A stretch of 64,000 nucleotides of DNA from an uncultured Pseudomonadales bacterium (GTDB lineage Bacteria; Patescibacteriota; Microgenomatia; UBA1400; PJMF01). Below the pieces are notes generated by a model. The model made no database searches, was not told the origin of the DNA, and saw only the letters and a list, made by a program, of their open reading frames with translations. Shown piece by piece: positions 1-10,036 of this stretch (position 1 is its first letter; the number at the start of each line of letters is the position of its first letter). The DNA lies in assembly GCA_964583625.1 (NCBI GenBank), contig CAZOVA010000002.1:29452-93451 (forward strand), read 5' to 3'. A program made the position numbers and the translations under genes.

Positions 1-1
1 T

Positions 2-211
2 GTGGCGCGAAATGAGGATTTTCGTCAGCTGGCCAATGATCTTGCTATGCAGGTTTGTGCTTATTCTCCAGAGAGTGAAAGTGAATTATTAGAATCAGAA
101 ATGATCAAAGATAGTCAACAAACCGCCGCTAGTGCCATTGCTCAATTAAGTGGCAAGGTAGGCGAGAAGATTACTCTAGGACGTTTCCTTCGTTTGGAAG
201 TGGGCAAATAG
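2..211 (+). CDS. 3' end of an upstream CDS (partial; product unknown)
   Basis: ORF runs off the 5' edge of the window and ends ...GRFLRLEVGK*. No family recognised by eye. A terminator hairpin follows at 249-274. Confidence 0.3.
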   Translation: MARNEDFRQLANDLAMQVCAYSPESESELLESEMIKDSQQTAASAIAQLSGKVGEKITLGRFLRLEVGK

Positions 212-248
212 TTTTATTGTTTCTTTGTTGAGTTTTATCGAAAAATTA

Positions 249-274
249 CCCTCTGGTTAGGCCAGAGGGTTTTT
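249..274 (+). terminator. rho-independent terminator
   Basis: Perfect 8-bp stem ccctctgg / ccagaggg with a 5-nt loop (ttagg), followed by ttttt at 270-274. Confidence 0.55.
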
Positions 275-333
275 GCATGAAAACTTTGCTTTGAGACTGA
301 AAATAGTCTATAATTTTCACTTGTAATTCAAAT

Positions 334-1404
334 ATGTATCGTTATACCACTAAAAAAACTGTCAAAGCCAATCGTAAATTTGCGCAAAAGCAGTCACAAA
401 AGAAAAAATCAACCACCAAAAACTCTCGTAATCAACGTCAGAGTGATTTTTTAGCAAAAAAAACTCGATCCGTAACCAAAAAAACTAGCAAAACTAATAA
501 AAAAAATTCTCCCAAGACAAAAATCAAGAAGAATAGTGGTTGGGGGCAGTGGTGGCGAAGTCTGTTTATTGTAGTTATTTTACTTTATTTTAGCCTTTGG
601 CTGTTGGTAAAATTTTTCCTCCCCCAGACATTTTCTTTAGAACAAGACAAAAGCATCCTTTTACTCAGTGGCTCACCAGATCAAATAACGGAGAGGATCT
701 ATCTTTTGCAAGCCTCTCCTTTGAATGAAAGGGTGGCTCTTTTTGCGCTTGACCCTCAAGCTCAGGTAAGCATTTCTGGTAATCAAGAGCCATTACCGTT
801 AGGAGAAATTGCTTATCGTTTATCACTTCAGGCAGATCAACCAGCAGCGATTTTAACTCACTACAACTTCTCCCTTAAACAAGCTTTGGACGAAGTCTAT
901 TTCGTTGCTGATTTGGGGGAAATTGATAGTTTACGAGAGCTGAGAACCAATATTTGGCAGACATTACAAAAGAAAAATATCAATAACCGTTCTCTTTTGT
1001 GGAGATTATACTTTTTTCTCCATCGAGAAATTGTTTTTAGTGCTAGTCAGTTGAAGATTAAAGATATTAGTCTTGGCTTAGAAGCAACTTTTTTAGCCAA
1101 GGATAAAATTTATAAATGTCCTGTTGTTCTGATTAATACCACTTCTCTCAATGGGTTAGCAGCCAAAATGACCAAAATAGTAGAAATGAGTGGCTTAGTA
1201 GTAGTTAATCAAGAGAGTAGCCAGGAAAACTTAGACATGAGCACAATCTATTATGATGAAAACGAAGCTGAGTGTTTGATTTTGACAGAAAGATTGAGAA
1301 AAATTTTGCCAGTGGAGAGTGAATTCATTCCTGATATGGGACAACAAGGAGCAGCCAGTCGAGCTAAGGCCGTTATCAAGTTGGGCAAAGACCTAGCTAA
1401 TTAA
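334..1404 (+). CDS. membrane-anchored envelope protein with a Lys-rich N-terminal tail, possibly LCP/LytR_C-like
   Basis: About 65 aa of K/T/S-rich basic tail, one TM helix (LFIVVILLYFSLWLLVKFF), then an extracytoplasmic domain with an ILLLSGSPD... segment and a C-terminal part resembling the LytR_C domain. Family assignment is tentative. Confidence 0.4.
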   Translation: MYRYTTKKTVKANRKFAQKQSQKKKSTTKNSRNQRQSDFLAKKTRSVTKKTSKTNKKNSPKTKIKKNSGWGQWWRSLFIVVILLYFSLWLLVKFFLPQTFSLEQDKSILLLSGSPDQITERIYLLQASPLNERVALFALDPQAQVSISGNQEPLPLGEIAYRLSLQADQPAAILTHYNFSLKQALDEVYFVADLGEIDSLRELRTNIWQTLQKKNINNRSLLWRLYFFLHREIVFSASQLKIKDISLGLEATFLAKDKIYKCPVVLINTTSLNGLAAKMTKIVEMSGLVVVNQESSQENLDMSTIYYDENEAECLILTERLRKILPVESEFIPDMGQQGAASRAKAVIKLGKDLAN

Positions 1405-2120
1405 TTTTTAATATCTTGAATATTTCCGCTATCAGCATCGTCTTGGACAATATTAATTGGCACATCATCCGCCAAAAGGAGCAAGTCTGAGCCAATACTT
1501 TCGTCTTTATCCTCCTGGTAGACGCTGTCAAAAGACAATTTGTGAGCATTAACTGGCGACTGATAAATCTCTTTGACAAAAATAGAGCAATGATGGCTGG
1601 AGCTGCTGTGAAGTTGACAGAGATATTTATTTCCAGAGGTAATTAAACGGCTTAAACGGAGGGAGATATTTTCTGGCATTGAACCAATATAAACTCCGGT
1701 CAAAGTCTCTACAGAGATAAAGCGGTTTTTTGGTCTTAAACTCAATTCTTGGCCAACATGCAAAGACTCAAGAGTTTGTCTATTACTCAAGCGGCTGAGG
1801 CTAATAATTTTTGATTTGCTAGGTTCTTCAACAAAGTTTTGGGCTTGGAATTGAGGACTACTAATAATTTTGTTTTTAATATTATTGAGTTGTTTTTGAG
1901 CGATAGGATTATGTTTTTCTAGTTTTAAGACTTGATTAAAAACCTGGCTAGCTTTTCTCAGTTTTCCCAATTGGAGCAGAGCAAAGCCCAAACGGTTTAA
2001 AGCAGCAATATTGTCTTGACTATGCTCAAGAATTTCTTGGTTGAGAGCAATGGCTTCTTTCCAGTCATTGTCCTTAGCTGCCTTGATAGCCTGATTTTCC
2101 AAAGTTTGTAATGTTGACAT
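1401..2120 (-). CDS. TPR-repeat protein
   Basis: N-terminal tandem TPR-like helices (AIALNQEILEHSQDNIAALNRLGFALLQLGKLRKASQVFNQVLKLEKHNP). C-terminal domain unassigned. Confidence 0.5.
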   Translation of the reverse strand: MSTLQTLENQAIKAAKDNDWKEAIALNQEILEHSQDNIAALNRLGFALLQLGKLRKASQVFNQVLKLEKHNPIAQKQLNNIKNKIISSPQFQAQNFVEEPSKSKIISLSRLSNRQTLESLHVGQELSLRPKNRFISVETLTGVYIGSMPENISLRLSRLITSGNKYLCQLHSSSSHHCSIFVKEIYQSPVNAHKLSFDSVYQEDKDESIGSDLLLLADDVPINIVQDDADSGNIQDIKN

Positions 2121-2172
2121 GCGGCGGATTATAACATAAAAAAGTCTCTTGCAAAGTTTGATAAAAAGTTGG

Positions 2173-2181
2173 TGTTATAAT
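2173..2181 (+). promoter_or_regulatory. extended -10 promoter element (TGTTATAAT) for yebC
   Basis: TGnTATAAT at 2173-2181; GGGAGG Shine-Dalgarno 7 nt before the ATG at 2204; possible TTGCAA -35 at 2149-2154. Confidence 0.4.
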
Positions 2182-2203
2182 AGACTGAAGAGAGGGAGGT
2201 TTT

Positions 2204-2761
2204 ATGGCTGGACACAGTAAATGGAACAATATTAAAAATAAAAAAGGGGCAACTGATACCAAGAGAGCTCAGCTTTTCACTCAGTTGGTCAAGAATATTC
2301 GTTTAGCAGCAAAAAATGGGGGCGGCGACATTAACAGTAATCCAAACTTAAGGACTTTTGTTGAAAAAGCCAAAGAAGCCAATATGCCCAAGGAAAAAAT
2401 CCAAAAGGCGATTGATATTGGTAGTGGTAAGATTAATGCGGGAAATATGCAAGAAATAAATTATGAGTGTTTTGGTCCTGGTGGAGTAGGGATGATTATT
2501 ATGGCAGTTACCGATAATGCCAATCGCACTAGTAGTGAATTAAAATCGATTTTAACTCGAGCTGGCGGGTCAATGGGTGGTCCCGGAAGTACTGGCTATA
2601 TGTTTACCTTTGATAAGGAAAAACAAGCTTATCATTCGATTATGCCGATAACCATTGATGCTGAAACACAAGAGAAACTAGCTGATCTGATAGCTGACCT
2701 GAGCGAAATAGAGGGCATTGAGGGGATTTATCCAAGCTGTGAACCTCAGCCTTTGGATTAA
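2204..2761 (+). CDS. yebC: YebC/PmpR-family transcriptional regulator (short form)
   Basis: MAGHSKWNNIKNKKGATDTKRAQLFTQL... and GPGGVGMIIMAVTDNANRT are hallmark YebC/TACO1 motifs. At 185 aa it is shorter than the canonical ~240 aa. Confidence 0.8.
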   Translation: MAGHSKWNNIKNKKGATDTKRAQLFTQLVKNIRLAAKNGGGDINSNPNLRTFVEKAKEANMPKEKIQKAIDIGSGKINAGNMQEINYECFGPGGVGMIIMAVTDNANRTSSELKSILTRAGGSMGGPGSTGYMFTFDKEKQAYHSIMPITIDAETQEKLADLIADLSEIEGIEGIYPSCEPQPLD

Positions 2762-2762
2762 T

Positions 2763-3530
2763 TTATTTTCCTGGAAAAAAAAGCAGAAAAATTAAAATAA
2801 TAAAACCAGTGAGAAAAAGGTATTCGTTTATAACCTGGCGGAAGAGTTTTTCTCTTAGATAGGTTTGAATAATTCCCAAAATGAGATAGAAAACTGACAT
2901 CAGCAACAGAGCAATATTCCAATTATTCATCGGGAGAAAAGAAAAAACCAAAGCAAACTCTGCCATAATTAAAGCACTAAAAAAACTTAATTGCCACAAG
3001 GTGAGACTGATCTTTTCCTCTAAATTGACAGACCAGGAGATCGTCAAGGAGAGAGGGAAATGTAGAAGAAAAATAGCTAAAAAATTGAAATAAAAAGGTA
3101 AATTGAGGGAAAAAATTGTTTGAGAACCCAAGAGGGAAATAATAATAGCAAAAAATAAAGCTGTTGCTTGAGCGGCATTGAGTAATTGAATATTTCTTTC
3201 CTTCGCCACAGAGAAAATATTGCTAGTGAGAAAAATAGAATAGGCACCTAGAACAAATAAGCCCAGAATAAAGACTAAACTCCAAAAGTTATCTGGTAAA
3301 AGGAAATAAAAGGCAGCAATTGTAAGAGAATAAAGGGTGGGAAAAGGCAGAATTAGTAACCACTCTCTCGCTTGCAGATCCTCTTTGAGAACCAAAGCAG
3401 AGATAAAATAAGTCAGAGCCCCAAAGCCTAGAATAGCAAGATAGCGCCATTCTACTGGTACCAACTGGATTAGCCAGAGTAAAACCCCTAGTAATAAGGC
3501 AAAAAAAACAAATTTTTCTCGACGACGCAT
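2763..3530 (-). CDS. polytopic membrane protein (unknown function)
   Basis: Roughly 8 predicted hydrophobic helices and no recognisable catalytic motif. Borders the long non-coding region. Confidence 0.4.
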   Translation of the reverse strand: MRRREKFVFFALLLGVLLWLIQLVPVEWRYLAILGFGALTYFISALVLKEDLQAREWLLILPFPTLYSLTIAAFYFLLPDNFWSLVFILGLFVLGAYSIFLTSNIFSVAKERNIQLLNAAQATALFFAIIISLLGSQTIFSLNLPFYFNFLAIFLLHFPLSLTISWSVNLEEKISLTLWQLSFFSALIMAEFALVFSFLPMNNWNIALLLMSVFYLILGIIQTYLREKLFRQVINEYLFLTGFIILIFLLFFPGK

Positions 3531-4386
3531 AGACTTTAATTATAGCATAGATAAATAAAAAATATTTATTGAGAGAAAAAGAAAGTAATTGTTTATTTTT
3601 AAGCCATATATTCTGTAATTATGCGTTAATAAAGACAACTAGATAAGTTTTAAACGTAAAATTCGCCATAAAAAGCTTTTCAAATTATAAATTATCTACT
3701 TTAATCTGGTTTATTTTAATTATGCATTTATATATTATTTAATATAAGCACTTTTGCTTGATTATTTTTATCTCAAAGAGGAAAAAATGTATTCAAAGAA
3801 GAGAGAGCTTCAAGGGAAAATAGCTTTTTAAAACTAGAGTCACTGGCCCGAAACTAGAAAATATAAGGACTTTTTGGTTAAAACTTCCTCAGGCTAAAGC
3901 TATTTTTTATCAGAGAGTAGGGGAGAGTGCTAAAATGACTTTTTAAAAAAAATAATTGCTAAATCAAGCTATTTTTTTGTTATAGATAATACCTTAAATT
4001 TATACTTAAGTAAAGAAAATATAACTTTGTATTAAATATTATGGTAAAGAATTTATCGGGAGCAGAGAAGAGAGGATTGTTAACTGTCTATAAATTTTTA
4101 CTAATTTAATTACCGCAAGAGAATAAACTTATTTGAGATAATCGGATAGCTTAAAGCCTGACTTTTTTTAGGGGAAATTAAAGCAATTTAATGTTTTTAA
4201 AATTTTACTTGAAAAATAAACTGAAGATAAGTTTTTGAAAGCATCCAGTATTTTAAGATATAAATAAGAATTTAAAAGTTATTTTTTTCAATCTTTGAAT
4301 AAATTTTAGGTGATGGGGACCTAGAGAGTAGGGGAAGCTGAAATTTTTCTAGGTCAACCAGAGTAAATAGACCTATAATATTTAAT

Positions 4387-4505
4387 AATGATATAGTTTG
4401 ATATAGTTTAAGTTGGGGATAATGATATAGTTTGATATAGTTAATAATGTGGAAAACTTTTAGTTTAAGTCTGGCTACGGCTTAATTGATATAGTTTGAT
4501 AGAGT
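4387..4505. repeat. three copies of a ~22-nt element, each an internal tandem of GATATAGTT(T)
   Basis: aatgatatagtttgatatagtt at 4387-4408 and 4421-4442 (identical), attgatatagtttgatagagt at 4485-4505. Gives 6 copies of the 9-10-mer within 120 nt of ORF-free DNA. Confidence 0.7.
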
Positions 4506-5301
4506 AAATTTAAATAACTATAAATATTATAGGGTCTTATTCTCGACTAGAGAGTAAATTTTACCCAGTCTCTTAGCTTGGGGAAGGAGCGAGTAAAACC
4601 CGAAAGCCTTTTAAAGCTACCAAAGTTCACGTAGTTTAAACCCAGGACGCCTTAGCTTAAACAGTGTCGCTTCAGAGAGTATTATGGATTGCATTAAATA
4701 AACATTTTATGGATAGAGAGCAGCCCAAGAAAAGGTGGGCGCTTTATAGCTCTACTCTTTATGACGAGAGGCAAGGTTTTTCCAAAGAGCTTTTTTGTGG
4801 TTTTTCCAGATTAAAAAGCCTGGAGAAGAGAGAAATAACAATGTCGCACAATATAACTTTTACGACCTATAGTCTGGAAAAACTAGAAAATAAGGCTTTT
4901 TTTAACATCGATTTTTATTGTTTGCTAACTGACTTTAATCCTTTTAGTCAAGAGATGTTTTTGAAATGACAGCCCTCTTCTCTGCTTTGACCTACATTAG
5001 TGCATCCTCTAGCCCAAGTCTCTCCAGAGGTACCAGGCTAAAATAAACAGGCTTTTAACTATAAAATGGCCCTGGCTCCCCCATTAAAGAAGTTAATTGA
5101 GAGAGGAGTTCTTATATTCCTATAAATAAAACCTTTAATTTTCAATTAAGTATATATAAATAATTAAAAATATAAAAAAATGTAGCTAAAAGGCTAGACT
5201 AAACGATGAAGGTCATCTTTTTAAAACAAAGCCGATTTTGAGACATTAGAAGGCCTTTCCAGGGTAAATTAGAGGCTAGTGGGATAGAAAAGTGTGATAG
5301 A

Positions 5302-6249
5302 ATGGGTTTTATGGAAACTAATAAGATTGACAGTGTGATTGTTTTGTTTTTGGAACATTTGGAAGTGGAGCGCAATGTTAGTCGTTTGACCATTCGTAAT
5401 TATCGTCAGTATCTACAGAAACTAGCTGATTGGTTGCAGCGTCGTCAAGTCACTAATATTACTTCTCTAGATTTAGAATTATTGCGCAAATACCGCTTAT
5501 ATCTGAGTAGACTGACTAATGATAAAGGTGAAGTCTTGTCTAAGAAGACTCAAAGTTACTATTTAATTGCTATTAGAAGCCTACTAAAGTGGCTAATAAA
5601 GAATGATGTTCCAGTCTTATCTCCAGACAAAATTGATTTGCCTAAAGCCGAGTCTTTACCCATGAGTTATACTGATGTCGATCATATCTTGAAATTACTT
5701 GAATCTCCAGATATAACTACGACTACGGGCTTAAGAGATCGAGCCCTGATGGAGCTACTTTTTTCTACTGGTTTGCGTGTCAGCGAACTAGCCGCCCTCA
5801 ATCAAGAGCAAATCAATTTAGACGGGGGAGAGTTTGGCGTCATTGGAAAAGGACGCCGACCAAGAGTGGTTTTTTTATCAGACCGGGCCAAGTTTTGGCT
5901 CAGACAATGGTTAGCCAGCCGAAAGGACGAGTGGTCTCCCCTCTTTATTCGTTTTTCCGGAAAGAAGAACTCCAATTTGCAGGATGATGGTCAAGATATG
6001 CGCCTGAGCGTCCGCAGCATTGAGAGAGTAATTGATAAGTATGTGAGAAAAAGCAAGCTCCCAGTGAAGCTTTCACCTCATGGCTTAAGACATTCTTTTG
6101 CTACCGACCTACTGAGCAATGGGGCTAATTTGCGCGATGTCCAGGAGATGTTGGGTCATAAAAGCATCGTTACCACCCAGATTTATACCCATGTCACCAA
6201 GCCACAACTGCGTCAAGCTCACAATAAATTTCATTCTCTGGAAAAATAA
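5302..6249 (+). CDS. xerD: tyrosine site-specific recombinase, XerC/XerD-integrase family
   Basis: N-terminal SAM-like domain (FLEHLEVERNVSRLTIRNYRQYLQKLADWL), LLFSTGLRVSEL, GKGRRPRVVF, HGLRHSFATDLLSNGANLRDVQEMLGHKSIVTTQIYTHV with the catalytic RHR...Y. Start may be the ATG at 5311. Confidence 0.85.
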   Translation: MGFMETNKIDSVIVLFLEHLEVERNVSRLTIRNYRQYLQKLADWLQRRQVTNITSLDLELLRKYRLYLSRLTNDKGEVLSKKTQSYYLIAIRSLLKWLIKNDVPVLSPDKIDLPKAESLPMSYTDVDHILKLLESPDITTTTGLRDRALMELLFSTGLRVSELAALNQEQINLDGGEFGVIGKGRRPRVVFLSDRAKFWLRQWLASRKDEWSPLFIRFSGKKNSNLQDDGQDMRLSVRSIERVIDKYVRKSKLPVKLSPHGLRHSFATDLLSNGANLRDVQEMLGHKSIVTTQIYTHVTKPQLRQAHNKFHSLEK

Positions 6250-6429
6250 TCTATCTCAACTTAAATATATTTAGTTCTATAAAAATATATTTAATCATAT
6301 CAATCTATAAATAGTCAGATATATCTATATTTTTTTAATCAAAAAATTAAATACTAATGAAGTTTTACTTCTCTCCTCTCCCCTACCAGATTAAAATTGG
6401 AAAAATTGCTTTATTCAAAGGCAAAAGGG

Positions 6430-6502
6430 TGGACCTTAGGGGGATCGAACCCCTTACCTCTTCTATGCCATAGAAGCGCTCTACCAAGTGAGCTAAAGGC
6501 CC
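6430..6502 (-). tRNA. tRNA-Ala (anticodon GGC)
   Basis: Reverse complement folds as a cloverleaf: acceptor GGGCCTT/AAGGTCC with the G3:U70 Ala identity pair, D-arm TAGCTCACTTGGTAGAGC, anticodon stem CTTCT/AGAAG with loop ATGGCAT, T-arm AGGGGTTCGATCCCCCT. No encoded CCA. Confidence 0.8.
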
Positions 6503-6827
6503 GCCAAAAAGATCAAGGACTTATTATAACATAATTTCTAGTTGAACGGGCTAGTTTTAGGTTTTTGCTCTGGTAGAAGATTAATGATTATCTTATTAGC
6601 CTATCCTTTGTCAACAAAAAGGAGCTAAATAGGACAAATTTTAATTAATATATTTTCTATAAGTCTTTAAACTAGCAAACAAAAGAATTAATTGCTAATT
6701 AAAATTATATAAATATTTGCCCTTTTTATCAATGTTTTACCTCATTTTAGCCTGGAGAAAACTTTAGAAAAAAATCCAAAATCTAAAACTCAAAAAATTG
6801 GGAGGAATTTAAGTTATAAAATCTTCT

Positions 6828-9527
6828 TTACTCGTTTTTGAAGGTTAAAGCGGCGGTGGCTACCAGATCTGAGCTATTAAGTCTGATCAAGATTACTCCC
6901 TGAGTTGAGCGGGAAAGGAGAGGGATGTCTTTTAGGGCCAATTTAATAGTTTGCCCCTCATTAGTGCTGATGATCACTCCTTCATGTTCTTGGTTAACAA
7001 GAAAAGCCTTGACGATATTGCCGGTTTTGGCATTCACTTCAGCGACTTTGAGACCAGAACCAGAGCGTTTTTGCAGAGGATAGTTCTCGATTTTGGTCAT
7101 TTTCCCCATACCCCCTTGAGTAATAGTAAATAATTGACGTTTTTTATCTTTGTCAGCAGCGAAGATGATCTCGACATCAACCACATAATCTTCACGCAAG
7201 GTAATTCCTTTTACTCCTTTGGTGTCACGAGAGCTAGGTTTAACTTCTTTTTCACTAAAACGAATAGATTTACCTTTGTAAGTAACTAAAAGAATTTCAT
7301 CTTCACCAGTGGTAATTTGTCCCCAAACTAGCTCGTCTCCAGTATTGAGCGCAATAGCAATAATGCCATTTTGGCGGATATTTTCATATTGTTTGACAGC
7401 TGTTTTTTTAACCAGACCGTTTTTAGTAATCAAGGCAATATAATTATTTTTGTCAGCATTAAAGTCAAATTTAAGAATAGATTCTACTTTTTCATCTGCC
7501 TTAAGATTAATTAAATTTACAATAGCGCTGCCTTTGGCAGTTTTGCTATTTTCTGGGATTTCATAAGCTTTTATTTTAAAGACTCGACCAAGATTGGTAA
7601 AGATCAAGAGGTCGTCATGAGTATTGACCGTTAAGAGGCACTTAACCACATCTTCTTCTTTCATTTTTACCCCCACCACTCCTTTACCACCTCGACTTTG
7701 GGAGCGGAAAGAGTCTGGGGAAAGACGTTTGATATAGCCAGTTTTGGTGAGGGTAATCATCGTTGGCTCATCAGCAATCAGATCTTCTTCGCTAAACTCA
7801 TCGACTTTACCCTTGACCACTTTAGTGAGACGGTCATCGCCAAAATTGTCAATAAGTTCTTTGGTTTCTTTAGTCAAGACTGCTAAAACAGACTCTGGAG
7901 TAGCTAAAAGTTTAAGTAAGTCATTGATAGTTTGTTGAATTTCTTGATACTCGGTTTCGATTTTTTGTCTTTCTAGAGCTGCTAAGCGACCCAATCTTAA
8001 CTCAACAATGGCGGTAGCCTGAATTTCTGACAGACCAAATTTTTCCATCAAGCGAGTTTTACTTGTGGGAATATCAGGAGAGCGACGAATAGTATTGATA
8101 ACTTCATCTAAATTGTTCAAAGCAATAATCAATCCCTCCAAAATATGAGCTCGGTCTCTAGCTTTAGTGAGGTCATATTGAGAACGACGAATAATCACTC
8201 TTTGACGGTGACAAACATATTCGCGTAAGATTTGCTTGATGTTCATCAGTTGCGGGACGCCTTCATGATTTAAAGCGACCATATTCATGGGGAAATTGGT
8301 TTGCAATTCAGTCAGTTTAAAAAGTTTATTCAAAACCACTTTCGGTTGCGCGTCCTTTTTTAAATCAATGGTAATAGTCAGGCCTCGACGATCGGAGTGA
8401 TCAGCTGCGTCACGGATGCCAATAATTTTCTTAGCTTTGACCAGCTCACCAATTTTCTCCAATAATTTTGCCTTATTAACTTGAAAAGGAATTTGAGAGA
8501 CGATAATTTGGTAACCGCCCTTTTTCCCCTCGACAATTTCTGCTTTGGCTCGAATAGTAATCCGGCCTTTACCTGTTTGATAGGCCTCATCAATGCTTTT
8601 TTTATCAAAAATAATAGCCGCGGTGGGAAAATCTGGCCCTTTGATATGAGTCATGATCTCCTCAAAAGAAATCTCGCTGACAAATTTTCCAGCAATCATC
8701 ACCGCTGGCTTTTCGATTGCCTCAGTAATTAAGTTTTGATTAGCGGCCAGACTATCTTTGTCTTTCGGCTGGCTAATTTGAGAAATATCAATAGTTTGCG
8801 CTTCTTCAACCTTTCCCTTTTCGATCATCTCAATAACGGCCAGACAAACCTCTGTTAAGTTGTGAGGAGGAATCTTGGTCGCCATACCCACAGCAATACC
8901 TTCGGAACCCATAAGCAATAAATTGGGAATTTTGCCTGGCAAAACGAAAGGTTCTTGTAAGGAGCCGTCAAAGTTGTCAACCATTGGCACAGTTTCTTTG
9001 TCGATGTCGGCTAAAATTTCCTCAGAGATTTTGGCCAATCTAGCCTCAGTGTAACGCATAGCCGCAGGACTATCTCCATCGATACTACCAAAGTTTCCCT
9101 GGCCATCGATGAGAGGATAACGCATATTAAAATCTTGAGCTAGGCGAGCCAAAGCCATATAGACCGAAGAATCGCCATGCGGATGGTATTTACCCAAGAC
9201 ATCGCCGACAATCCGAGCAGATTTTTTATAAGCAGTATTGTAGTGAATACCAGAACGATGCATGGAGTATAAAATCCGCCGATGAACCGGTTTCATCCCG
9301 TCGCGAGCGCTCGGCAGAGCGCGAGCCACAATCACACTCATGGCATAATCCAGATAAGCTGTTTCCATTTCTTCCACAATGTCTTGTGGTTTTAATTTAC
9401 CAAAAGGAGAGTCCTGCAATTGCTCTTCTTGATGATTGAGAGTAAAACTCTGTTGATCCACCGAAGGGTCAATTACGACCGTTTCTTTTTCCTCGTCCGA
9501 TAAATTTTCTACTTTAATATCTGGCAT
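6828..9527 (-). CDS. gyrA: DNA gyrase subunit A
   Basis: [29 protein letters not shown]-terminal beta-pinwheel repeats. Carries an ~40-aa N-terminal extension relative to typical GyrA. Confidence 0.95.
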   Translation of the reverse strand: MPDIKVENLSDEEKETVVIDPSVDQQSFTLNHQEEQLQDSPFGKLKPQDIVEEMETAYLDYAMSVIVARALPSARDGMKPVHRRILYSMHRSGIHYNTAYKKSARIVGDVLGKYHPHGDSSVYMALARLAQDFNMRYPLIDGQGNFGSIDGDSPAAMRYTEARLAKISEEILADIDKETVPMVDNFDGSLQEPFVLPGKIPNLLLMGSEGIAVGMATKIPPHNLTEVCLAVIEMIEKGKVEEAQTIDISQISQPKDKDSLAANQNLITEAIEKPAVMIAGKFVSEISFEEIMTHIKGPDFPTAAIIFDKKSIDEAYQTGKGRITIRAKAEIVEGKKGGYQIIVSQIPFQVNKAKLLEKIGELVKAKKIIGIRDAADHSDRRGLTITIDLKKDAQPKVVLNKLFKLTELQTNFPMNMVALNHEGVPQLMNIKQILREYVCHRQRVIIRRSQYDLTKARDRAHILEGLIIALNNLDEVINTIRRSPDIPTSKTRLMEKFGLSEIQATAIVELRLGRLAALERQKIETEYQEIQQTINDLLKLLATPESVLAVLTKETKELIDNFGDDRLTKVVKGKVDEFSEEDLIADEPTMITLTKTGYIKRLSPDSFRSQSRGGKGVVGVKMKEEDVVKCLLTVNTHDDLLIFTNLGRVFKIKAYEIPENSKTAKGSAIVNLINLKADEKVESILKFDFNADKNNYIALITKNGLVKKTAVKQYENIRQNGIIAIALNTGDELVWGQITTGEDEILLVTYKGKSIRFSEKEVKPSSRDTKGVKGITLREDYVVDVEIIFAADKDKKRQLFTITQGGMGKMTKIENYPLQKRSGSGLKVAEVNAKTGNIVKAFLVNQEHEGVIISTNEGQTIKLALKDIPLLSRSTQGVILIRLNSSDLVATAALTFKNE

Positions 9528-9535
9528 AAGTATTT

Positions 9536-10024
9536 TTAGGATTTTTTCTCTTGCGCCCTTTCAATAATTTTCCAAGCTTCTGCTTGATCCTTCCACTCTT
9601 TTAGTTTGACAAATTTTTCTGGCTCTAAGTCTTTATAGTGTTCAAAAAAATGATGAATAGTCGCTTTTTCCGCGGCGGGGATATCAGCTAAACTCTCCCA
9701 AGCTCCACAAAGAGGATCGATTTTAGTTTTGGCGGGGACACAAATAATTTTATTATCCACTCCTTCCTCATCTTCCATTTCTAAAACACCCAAAACTTTG
9801 CACTTAACTACCGTGCCTGGCAGAACCTCTTGACTGATAAAAACCAAAGCATCTAAAGCGTCACCATCTTCGCCCAAAGTGTTTTTAATTAAGCCATAAT
9901 TGACTGGATAACCCATGGCCGTAGGCATCAGACGATCCAAACACAACTCTCCACTCTCTTCATCCAATTCATATTTAACGCGTGAGCCTTTGGGAATTTC
10001 AATTAAAACTTTTAAATCTTTCAT
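9536..10024 (-). CDS. ppa: inorganic pyrophosphatase (family I)
   Basis: [14 protein letters not shown]...DGDALDALV...characteristic family I PPase motifs; 162 aa. Confidence 0.9.
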   Translation of the reverse strand: MKDLKVLIEIPKGSRVKYELDEESGELCLDRLMPTAMGYPVNYGLIKNTLGEDGDALDALVFISQEVLPGTVVKCKVLGVLEMEDEEGVDNKIICVPAKTKIDPLCGAWESLADIPAAEKATIHHFFEHYKDLEPEKFVKLKEWKDQAEAWKIIERAQEKKS

Positions 10025-10036
10025 GATGCCTTTCTT

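Noticed and set aside
4441-4460. Single DnaA-box-like TTTTCCACA (reverse complement of atgtggaaaac) suggesting oriC in the long non-coding region
   Set aside because: Only one box-like 9-mer. No cluster and no dnaA/dnaN nearby. Insufficient to call an origin.
4387-4505. Possible CRISPR array suggested by the GATATAGTT direct repeats
   Set aside because: Repeat units are only 9-22 nt. They have internal tandem structure and no unique spacers of CRISPR length, and there are no cas genes nearby. Better explained as iterons or operators.
4664-4969. 101-aa ORF inside the non-coding region
   Set aside because: No RBS, no conserved motif, composition like surrounding non-coding DNA. Likely spurious, though it cannot be excluded as an element-borne small gene.
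3531-5301. Searched the long non-coding region for tmRNA, RNase P RNA, 5S or 16S rRNA signatures
   Set aside because: No tRNA-like T-loop/acceptor (GGTTCGAnTCC) for tmRNA. No GGAAAGTCCGG/ACAGAAACCCGGCTTA RNase P blocks and no anti-SD 16S end. The AGAGAGTAGGGGA repeats resemble the conserved 5S rRNA GAGAGUAGGGAA segment, but neither copy has the remaining 5S helices in its flanks (CCGAACUCAGAAGUGAAAC absent), so no 5S gene is called.
6951-8732. Small ORFs within or antisense to gyrA (6951-7133+, 7698-7886+, 7744-7938+, 8378-8608-, 8481-8732+)
   Set aside because: They lie entirely inside a highly conserved gene and are short and Lys/Ser-rich, as expected from an AT-rich sequence. No independent signals.
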